Of a stretch of DNA of 64,000 bases, positions 57,438 through 64,000 are shown piece by piece. This stretch comes from an uncultured Pseudomonadales bacterium (lineage in GTDB: Bacteria; Patescibacteriota; Microgenomatia; UBA1400; PJMF01). The stretch lies in contig CAZMXT010000001.1 in NCBI GenBank assembly GCA_964570365.1, forward strand, positions 73,440 through 137,439, in the 5' to 3' direction. The translations under genes were made by a program, and so were the position numbers. Every line of letters starts with the position of its first letter. The first letter of the stretch is position 1. The notes under the pieces were generated by a model. It saw only the letters and a program-made list of their open reading frames with translations. It was not told the DNA's origin and did no database searches.

Positions 57438-58021
57438 TTCTTTTCCTGTAGATAAATAAATAGCTTGGCCATTGCCATAGCTCGGTGACTAATTAGCCCT
57501 TTGACCTGATCTCCAAGCTGGCCAAATGAGTCCTGATAGCCGGTCGGCACAAAAATGGGATCATAGCCAAAACCGGCTTCACCTTCAGTTGCTAGAGCTA
57601 TAGTACCGGTCACTTCACCTTCAAAAAACTGACATATATCAATCTGGGGATCATACCATGCGATCACGCTCACAAACTTGGCGCTACGATCTGAGTGAGT
57701 TTCCAGCTGGCGCAAAACTTCATTTACCCGATCTTTATCTGAACCTGGAAAAAAGCGCTTTGAGTGCACGCCGGGACGATTATTGAGGGCAGTAACTAAC
57801 AGTCCGCTATCATCTGCTATGGCCAGCAGACCTGATTGTTGACTAAAGCCACGGGCTTTGAGCTCAGCATTTTCCTCAAAAGTCTGCCCCGTTTCTTCGA
57901 CGTCAAATTCCTCAGGAACTCCAACCTCTGCCGGAGAAACTACCGTAATGGGCAGAACCTGAAAAGCGGTTCTGATCTCTTGAATTTTTTCGGGATTGCG
58001 ACTGGCTACCAGCAACTGCAT
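57434..58021 (-). CDS. rdgB: non-canonical purine NTP pyrophosphatase (dITP/XTP pyrophosphatase)
   Basis: It has LLVASRNPEKIQE...DDSGL...GFGYDPIF, Ham1/RdgB family motifs. Confidence 0.85.
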   Translation of the reverse strand: MQLLVASRNPEKIQEIRTAFQVLPITVVSPAEVGVPEEFDVEETGQTFEENAELKARGFSQQSGLLAIADDSGLLVTALNNRPGVHSKRFFPGSDKDRVNEVLRQLETHSDRSAKFVSVIAWYDPQIDICQFFEGEVTGTIALATEGEAGFGYDPIFVPTGYQDSFGQLGDQVKGLISHRAMAMAKLFIYLQEKK

Positions 58022-58320
58022 TAATCCGCCTGTTGTCCACCACCACCACCCAACATACCACCAAGTCCACCCGTCATGCTCTGCAACTTCTTGGCTGCCA
58101 GCTCTTGGGACTTCTTAATTGCTCTGTTCAGGATGTCGATCACATCTGGGCTACTAATGCCTTGGACTGATAATTGTTTGATTTTTTGATCACCCGAGAT
58201 CACCACTAAAATATCACCTTCTTCGATTCGAATTTCCTCTTCCGAGAGCTCTTGCTGCATCTGCTTGGCTTGTTTGCGAAGTTGGTTTAAGTCACCCAGG
58301 GCTTTGAATGGATTTGCCAT
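58021..58320 (-). CDS. ybaB: YbaB/EbfC nucleoid-associated protein
   Basis: A 99-aa protein: MANPFKALGDLNQLRKQAKQMQQEL...GGGLV-like core ending in a Gly-rich tail. It sits immediately after dnaX, as in the canonical dnaX-ybaB arrangement. Confidence 0.85.
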   Translation of the reverse strand: MANPFKALGDLNQLRKQAKQMQQELSEEEIRIEEGDILVVISGDQKIKQLSVQGISSPDVIDILNRAIKKSQELAAKKLQSMTGGLGGMLGGGGGQQAD

Positions 58321-58361
58321 ATATCTCCTTTAATTTTTTGGTCTCTCTTGGAGAGATTCTA

Positions 58362-60038
58362 CTACAAGAAAACTTCTTTAGCGAGCTTAATTAAGTGATC
58401 ATCCTCATTGACATCTCCAGATATCGTAGAAAGTTTTGCCCCAGCCTCAGATTGCGGAGCCAGGCTAAACTCAAAAAGGACTCTTCCCCCCAGGACTTCG
58501 ACACAACACTCTTCTAAGATGGTAAGAAATTTTGGTTGGCGGAGCTGATCACGATGAAACTGATAGTAAACTTCAATCTTCGCCTCCCCATTCTGATTGA
58601 CTGAAGGTTTCGCTGACTGCAAAAATGCTCCAATCGAAGAGTTCCGCTGTCGAACTCGCTGAATGAACTCTTCCCAGCGCAGCAAAAGCACTGCACCGTT
58701 CAGCAACTCACCAGTCTCTACCATTCTGCTAGTGGTGACTGGAACAGGATGATGAATTTCATCAGGAATCTGCAGATTTACCGACACGACATTTTGTATG
58801 ACTACTGTTTCAGTCAAGCTAGAAAATATTTCTGCAGTTGACTCTTTCGATGCACTTTTGCGGGACTCTGGTGGGCTAGCAGGTTTGGCCTTACTAGAAG
58901 GAGAAACTGCCGTCACTGAACTCCCACCCTCCCTATCTTTGGCTTTAAAAACCAGCTCCAGTGCTTTCAGTTCTAAAGCCAGAAATGGTAGAGCAACTGC
59001 ACTCACGAGCAAGCTCATAAACTGGGTCAACAAGAAATGGGAAATTTTTTTACTAAAATGTGGAGTTTCTTGGGTGGTCACCGCCTGAATTAAGTCATCA
59101 TGCAGCAGCTCGAGCAGCTGTTGGTGAAAGTAGCTTTGGTCACTGCCGGTAATACGCAGCTCTTGAAAAAGTGCTACTACTTGCTGCTCATCCTTCTTCA
59201 CCACTGCATCCAGTAACTCCCAAATTTTTTGCTCTGGCGCTGAGTGAAGCAGGTTTTGGACCCGGTCCAGCGTAAGCTTGGACTGACCAGCCGCCACTGA
59301 TTCTAGCAACTTAACTCCATCTCGGAAGCTGCCATCTGCTACTCGCGAAATTTGCTTGAGCGCAGCTTGGTCGTACTCAATACGTTCTTTCTCTAAAATC
59401 TGGGCAAGCGCTTGAGTCAGCTCTACCTCAGTCGCTTTGCCAAACTGCACTGTCATGCAGCGAGACAGAATCGTGGCTGGCACCTTATGCAGTTCCGTAG
59501 TGGCCAAAATAAAAACCAAGTGCGCTGGCGGCTCCTCCAAGATCTTGAGTAAGGCATTGAACGCCTCGGTGGTGAGCATGTGCACTTCATCCAAGATAAA
59601 GACAGAAACTTTGCCTTCCTGAGGTGGCAAGTACGCTCGTTCCTTGAGTTGCCGAATATCGTCAATCCCTCGATGACTCGCCGCATCCAGCTCAGTGACC
59701 ACAAATGAGCTGCCTCGATAGATTCGTTGCACGATCTCGCTGGCAGGTACAGGCTCTTGGAGTTGTGGATTAAGTGTTTTTTTAGCTTTGATGGCGGCTG
59801 CAGGAGCCTGAAAAAAAAGCGTCTCCACGGCGGCTTCATTGAGCGGCTCGTTGAGGATGGCCGCAACAATTCTGGCAGCTGAGGTCTTGCCAGTACCCTT
59901 AGGGCCAGTAAAAAGCAGCGCATGAGGAAACGAACCACTTTCCATTAAAGATTGTAGATTTTGGCGAACAGAGCCGAGATGTAGGCCGGCTACAGTAGTA
60001 GGTCGATACTGGCGATACCAGGACATAGGAATAACCAC
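58362..60038 (-). CDS. dnaX: DNA polymerase III subunit gamma/tau
   Basis: It has YRQYRPTTVAGLHLG...FTGPKGTGKTS (Walker A)...LDEVHMLT...SRC, clamp-loader AAA+ motifs. Confidence 0.85.
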   Translation of the reverse strand: MVIPMSWYRQYRPTTVAGLHLGSVRQNLQSLMESGSFPHALLFTGPKGTGKTSAARIVAAILNEPLNEAAVETLFFQAPAAAIKAKKTLNPQLQEPVPASEIVQRIYRGSSFVVTELDAASHRGIDDIRQLKERAYLPPQEGKVSVFILDEVHMLTTEAFNALLKILEEPPAHLVFILATTELHKVPATILSRCMTVQFGKATEVELTQALAQILEKERIEYDQAALKQISRVADGSFRDGVKLLESVAAGQSKLTLDRVQNLLHSAPEQKIWELLDAVVKKDEQQVVALFQELRITGSDQSYFHQQLLELLHDDLIQAVTTQETPHFSKKISHFLLTQFMSLLVSAVALPFLALELKALELVFKAKDREGGSSVTAVSPSSKAKPASPPESRKSASKESTAEIFSSLTETVVIQNVVSVNLQIPDEIHHPVPVTTSRMVETGELLNGAVLLLRWEEFIQRVRQRNSSIGAFLQSAKPSVNQNGEAKIEVYYQFHRDQLRQPKFLTILEECCVEVLGGRVLFEFSLAPQSEAGAKLSTISGDVNEDDHLIKLAKEVFL

Positions 60039-60086
60039 ATTGTGGCGAGATGAGGTGTGAGTGTCAACTGGAAACTCCAGCTGAGC

Positions 60087-60482
60087 TTACTCTTCCTCGT
60101 GGTGATACCCCAGCAAATGCATGATCCCGTGCTCCACAAAAAAGCAAATCTGCTCATCGACACGCTTGCCATACCGCCGAGCATGACTCACAGCTTCAGG
60201 GAAGCTCACCACAATATCTCCTAGATGCGGTGGCATGCCCTCTGGCAGAGGGAAGTCATTATATTGGTGTCGTTCGTGCTGAGGGAAGGACAGCACATCC
60301 GTCGTTCCTTCATGAAGCAGCTTTGACTCATTGAGCGTCTTGATCTTCCGCGCTCCAACAATCGAGATATCAACTTGGGCGTCAAAGACTGTATTTTCCT
60401 GCAAAATACTCTCAATCCGCTGCCGAATAAGCTTGCGGTTAACTGGATAGCGTGACTGGACGAAGAGGTTAACGACGATCAT
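60087..60482 (-). CDS. ybeY: endoribonuclease YbeY (rRNA maturation factor)
   Basis: The C-terminus is HGIMHLLGYHHEEE, the H3xH5xH zinc motif. The start is set at MIVVNL (ATG about 60480-60482); the track's longer ORF overlaps the upstream gene. Confidence 0.85.
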   Translation of the reverse strand: MIVVNLFVQSRYPVNRKLIRQRIESILQENTVFDAQVDISIVGARKIKTLNESKLLHEGTTDVLSFPQHERHQYNDFPLPEGMPPHLGDIVVSFPEAVSHARRYGKRVDEQICFFVEHGIMHLLGYHHEEE

Positions 60483-61278
60483 AACGAAGGCTAAGTAGGC
60501 CAAGTGGAATCGTATCATGTGGGTCATTGATAAACATGACCAGCACATGGCCACGACTGTTGGGGCTCCAAATTTTTGCTGAACGAATCACTTCGGGAGC
60601 ACCACCAAACTGAGCTCGCATCCAGTCTGCTGGGCCAATATCTCCAACTGCAGACACGACGGCGCACTGCTCAGCCGGGTTAATCACCAACATCTTGCGG
60701 AACTTCATCCAGTTTTTTAGAACATCATTCTGTGTTTGCCAGGTTGGCAAAAAGCTTATGGGTACAGAAATATAGTACTTTTCTCGGGCTATGGCAGCAG
60801 GAGTCAGCTGTCCCATCTCAGTAAACCAGCCAAAACCGCCGCGACTCTCGCGAATTCCAGCTTCCAGATAAGTAACGTGGTTCATTAACAAATCAGTGGG
60901 ATGTCTTCGTAAATGAGGTTGGGCAGCCATCATCCCGATCGAGTAGGGTAACCGAACTCCTTCCAGTTCAGCCACTACCTCAAAACCCAGCATGTCTGTC
61001 AGCTGCTGCTCTAAGTACAGCTCCTCTTGGCGAGGTAAGTGACCGGCCGGAGTTTGTACAATCCCCACCATTTTTTGCAGCACTGCTTCGTGCTCTTCTT
61101 GGGTCAGCGTTTGATACATGCTTTGATCCGCTGCAGCTGCATCGTGTTGCAGCTGTTGGGCAACATAGCTATCTACAGCCAGAACCGAAGCCTGCGGGAA
61201 AGGAACAGTAACGGAATTCGCCGGAAAACTCGGATTCCCGGGCTGAATTGTAGGCGTGGGCTGTAAGTACGCGTCCAT
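60469..61278 (-). CDS. hypothetical protein (269 aa), no recognised domain
   Basis: It has a Q/A/P-rich N-terminus and no TM helix or nucleotide-binding motif. It occupies the position usually taken by phoH upstream of ybeY. Confidence 0.5.
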   Translation of the reverse strand: MDAYLQPTPTIQPGNPSFPANSVTVPFPQASVLAVDSYVAQQLQHDAAAADQSMYQTLTQEEHEAVLQKMVGIVQTPAGHLPRQEELYLEQQLTDMLGFEVVAELEGVRLPYSIGMMAAQPHLRRHPTDLLMNHVTYLEAGIRESRGGFGWFTEMGQLTPAAIAREKYYISVPISFLPTWQTQNDVLKNWMKFRKMLVINPAEQCAVVSAVGDIGPADWMRAQFGGAPEVIRSAKIWSPNSRGHVLVMFINDPHDTIPLGLLSLRYDRR

Positions 61279-61293
61279 AATGTAAAAGTAATC

Positions 61294-62751
61294 CTACAAA
61301 GTTTCCTGGCGCTTGAGTAGCTCCAATGCAGTCTGAAGTCGCTTGAGTACTTCTTCACGACCCAGCACAGCAAAAGTATCAAAAAGAGGTGGAGTAGCTT
61401 CCTGACCGGTGACGCTGACACGCAGCAACATAAAGTACTGACTCTTTTTATAGTCTTTCTCTGCTTGGAGGGTCCGAAGTTTTTCTTCTAACGCTGATAT
61501 TTGCCATTCTTTTAAATCTTGCAAAACCATCAGAGTTTCCCCTAACTGTTGCAACACCTCAGCCGCTGAAGACTTGCGTAACAAGACTTGTGGCTCCACG
61601 GTAATGGCGCGATAAAAGAAACTAGTCAAGCTCTCAACGTCTTTTAAAGTGACTAAACGCTCTGTCACTAACGGCAAGATACTGTCAATTCGATCGTGTG
61701 GAAAGTCAGCGGGTAAGTACGGCTGAATTCTGACTTTCAGTTCCGCAAATGAGAGATTGCGAATATACACACCGTTCATCCAGTCCAATTTTTTCTGATC
61801 AAAGACGGGACCAGTTTTTTGAACACGATCCAAAGTCATCACTTTCAGAAACTCAGCAAACGAGAAGATCTCTGACTTTTCTGGATGTGACCAACCTAGC
61901 AATGCAATGAAGTTCAGCAGCGCCTCCGGCAAGTACCCCTTCTCCCGGTAGCTTAAAATAGAGACATCATTCTTGCGCTTGGATAACTTACTCTTGTCAG
62001 CATTACGAATCAGTGGCAAATGAGCAAAAATCGGCATCTCCCAATTAAAGTACTGGTAAATTAGCAGATGCTTGGGTGTACTGCTAATCCACTCTTCACC
62101 TCTGAGTACGTGGGAGATCTCCATTAAGTGGTCATCAACGACCACCGCAAAATGATAGGTGGGAAAGCCATCTGACTTGATCAGGACTTGATCATCGACG
62201 CTCTGAAACTCAAAGCTGACCTTCCCGCGAATCGAATCATTCCAGTTAATACTTCCAGTTTCTGGAACTTTAAGTCGTACGACTGAAGGCAACCCAGCCG
62301 CTCTTTTCTCTGCTACTTCTGCCACTGAGAGATGGCGACAGGTTTTGTCATAGCGCGGTAACTGGCCAGCTTTTTGTTGGGCATCTCTCATTTGAGTCAG
62401 ACGCTCGCTACTACAAAAGCAGTAGTAGGCATTGCCAGACTCCAGCAACTGCTCAATATATTTGTGGTAAATATCTAAACGCTCTGATTGTTTATATGGG
62501 GCGTATGGACCACCTTTTTTGACACCCTCGTCATACTCAATCCCCAACCACTCGAAGGCTTCATAGATTTTTTCTTCAGCTCCCTCAACAAAGCGACCTC
62601 GATCAGTGTCTTCAATTCTAATCACAAATTGACCACCATTCTGACGCGCTAGAGCTAGGTCAAACATCGACATCCAAGCAGTCCCAACGTGAGCAATTCC
62701 AGTCGGGCTGGGAGCAATTCGGGTGCGGACCACTTTCTTTTCCATGGACAT
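61294..62751 (-). CDS. gltX: glutamate--tRNA ligase
   Basis: It has RIAPSPTGIAHVGTAWMSMF (a HIGH-type motif) and KLSKRK (KMSKS) plus the conserved GluRS core. Confidence 0.9.
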   Translation of the reverse strand: MSMEKKVVRTRIAPSPTGIAHVGTAWMSMFDLALARQNGGQFVIRIEDTDRGRFVEGAEEKIYEAFEWLGIEYDEGVKKGGPYAPYKQSERLDIYHKYIEQLLESGNAYYCFCSSERLTQMRDAQQKAGQLPRYDKTCRHLSVAEVAEKRAAGLPSVVRLKVPETGSINWNDSIRGKVSFEFQSVDDQVLIKSDGFPTYHFAVVVDDHLMEISHVLRGEEWISSTPKHLLIYQYFNWEMPIFAHLPLIRNADKSKLSKRKNDVSILSYREKGYLPEALLNFIALLGWSHPEKSEIFSFAEFLKVMTLDRVQKTGPVFDQKKLDWMNGVYIRNLSFAELKVRIQPYLPADFPHDRIDSILPLVTERLVTLKDVESLTSFFYRAITVEPQVLLRKSSAAEVLQQLGETLMVLQDLKEWQISALEEKLRTLQAEKDYKKSQYFMLLRVSVTGQEATPPLFDTFAVLGREEVLKRLQTALELLKRQETL

Positions 62752-62792
62752 ACAGTTTTTCCTTTTCCGAATTATACCGTACCTCTGGTAAA

Positions 62793-63881
62793 TTACTCTG
62801 TAAGAGCCGGTGCTAACTGCACATACCGGGGGTCGATGGCCGGAACAAAACCTAAAAAGTTATTATCACCCTCAAAAACATAGATTGGCTGTAAGTATTC
62901 TTGTTCCTCAAAGTCATCGTAGTAGCCTAAGTAGACATCTCGAATGATGATATTCTCATCACTCCCCCGCACTGCAATGAATCCCTCACCACCTTGGAGA
63001 AGCTGCCAAGCATTCTGAACCGTGCGCAGCGGGTACGTGTGACGCTGTAAGTAATCTGCTGCTTGGTAATGATACTCAGCGTGGACGATGCTGTCACTGC
63101 CACCTAAACTGCTACTGAGCACTGCATGAATAATCCCTTTTCGCCCCTCGGGTGAGTAAAATTGATACTTTCCATCAACTGGCTGTCGCATAATATCAAC
63201 TTGGGCAAAATCTGCATCTGAGAGTGAAACAGCAGGGATAAACTCATTCCCTAGCGATCTCAGGTACGTCACACTCCCCGAAGACGTCGCAATATCTGAG
63301 CTGAGACTCACGCCAGAGTTAATAAAAGATTTTACATTTTCCAGTGCTGAGACCTCATCTGGGAGGTTCTGCCCCCCCAAGAGTTCAGGCTTATTCAAGT
63401 AATTGGTGGTGAGAGTAAAGTTATGATCTAAGAGATCCATCTCGAGAGTACTGTCTAAAGGAGCAGATTTATTCCAACGATATGTTCGATCATTCAGAAT
63501 AGTGGGGGCGAAGACAAAGCCATATCCAGCGGCAATTTCTTTAATACGTTGGTCCGCCAATAGACTGGTGCTGGCGTGCAGCATCAAGAAAACTTTGGCC
63601 CGATCTTCAAACTTCGGTAGCTGCCCATTAAACGTTTCCAAGGTGTAGGAGCTGGGTTTATTGGCAGCGTCTTGTTCTGGAAGACGAATCTGCGGCAGTA
63701 CTCCGAAACCAACGGTTGGAGGGGGAGGGGCTGGCGGGTGGGTCGCGCGCCAATAGCCACTGGCAGCTATTAGGAATGTCCGGCCGACCATTAAGGCAAC
63801 AATCGCAATTGCACCAAACTTAATAGTTCGACGACCAATATACGCTGCACGAGTAAGGGTAAGACCAGCTTCTGTTGCCAT
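62793..63881 (-). CDS. membrane-anchored extracytoplasmic protein, hypothetical
   Basis: It has an N-terminal TM anchor (FGAIAIVALMVGRTFLIAASGYW), then a proline-rich linker (HPPAPPPPTVG), then a soluble domain of about 300 aa with no recognised motif. Confidence 0.5.
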   Translation of the reverse strand: MATEAGLTLTRAAYIGRRTIKFGAIAIVALMVGRTFLIAASGYWRATHPPAPPPPTVGFGVLPQIRLPEQDAANKPSSYTLETFNGQLPKFEDRAKVFLMLHASTSLLADQRIKEIAAGYGFVFAPTILNDRTYRWNKSAPLDSTLEMDLLDHNFTLTTNYLNKPELLGGQNLPDEVSALENVKSFINSGVSLSSDIATSSGSVTYLRSLGNEFIPAVSLSDADFAQVDIMRQPVDGKYQFYSPEGRKGIIHAVLSSSLGGSDSIVHAEYHYQAADYLQRHTYPLRTVQNAWQLLQGGEGFIAVRGSDENIIIRDVYLGYYDDFEEQEYLQPIYVFEGDNNFLGFVPAIDPRYVQLAPALTE

Positions 63882-64000
63882 ATCTCAAGTGTAGCAAACT
63901 TTCGTCCTTTTTACTGGAGTTTTATTGTGATGACTGAGAGGGGAACGAGAGATTCTTCCAGACGTAGTGTTGATCTAGCCAAGTGAGCAACTGCCGAGTG

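Noticed and set aside
58021-58080. Gly-rich GGLGGMLGGGGGQQ tail of YbaB as a repeat element
   Set aside because: A Gly-rich C-terminal tail is a normal feature of YbaB/EbfC proteins.
59805-59820. T8 tract inside dnaX as a programmed frameshift or slippage site producing the gamma subunit
   Set aside because: It lies at about codon 73, far upstream of where gamma/tau frameshifting occurs (after domain III). It encodes an ordinary Phe-Phe.
4294-59938. Numerous ORFs of 60-160 aa in the six-frame track nested inside or antisense to large genes (for example 4294-4476, 6088-6333, 7365-7583, 13046-13399, 16057-16332, 19268-19558, 31093-31347, 48719-49192, 50292-50705, 59453-59938)
   Set aside because: Each is fully contained in a longer ORF with clear family motifs or strong membrane-protein character. 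They have no independent signals.
1-64000. CRISPR arrays, IS elements, integrases, rRNA
   Set aside because: No direct-repeat/spacer periodicity and no transposase, integrase or rRNA-like sequence was found on reading either strand.

Overview
The window is about 64 kb of an apparently bacterial chromosome at roughly 40-45% GC, gene-dense and with very compact gene junctions. Nearly everything from about 1.4 kb to 51 kb is a cell-envelope glycosylation super-locus. Downstream lie a tRNA-Gln, a modified-aminosugar operon (52.0-56.2 kb) and a housekeeping block on the minus strand (56.2-63.9 kb).

The glycosylation locus contains at least 16 large polytopic membrane proteins that look like GT-C-type lipid-carrier-dependent glycosyltransferases, falling into at least three recurring paralog families. 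These are interleaved with many soluble GT2/GT4 glycosyltransferases (one with two GT2 domains fused), two Wzx-like flippases, an LCP-family ligase and two polyprenyl-phosphate sugar synthases, one of them fused to a GtrA domain. Nucleotide-sugar genes are also present: rmlB plus rmlC-like and rmlD-like genes, ugd, gmd and an associated reductase, extra SDR epimerases, and a partial carbamoyltransferase at the 5' edge. The aminosugar operon encodes a Nudix hydrolase, a Gfo/Idh/MocA oxidoreductase, a DegT-type aminotransferase, a P-loop protein and a formyltransferase. The housekeeping block is M29 aminopeptidase, rdgB, ybaB, dnaX, ybeY, a hypothetical gene, gltX and a second hypothetical. An OmpR-type response regulator with no partner kinase in the window and a trmD gene are embedded in the locus.

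Junctions are unusually tight. ATGA and 4-bp overlaps are pervasive, two convergent gene pairs share overlapping stop codons, and three divergent pairs have 33 bp or less between their start codons, one pair sharing a CATG. I see no CRISPR array, rRNA or mobile element. The density and diversity of GT-C paralogs suggest an elaborate protein or cell-wall glycosylation system in an uncultivated lineage, possibly CPR/Patescibacteria-like, though that lineage guess is inference only. All product calls rest on motifs read by eye from the translations, without database searches.
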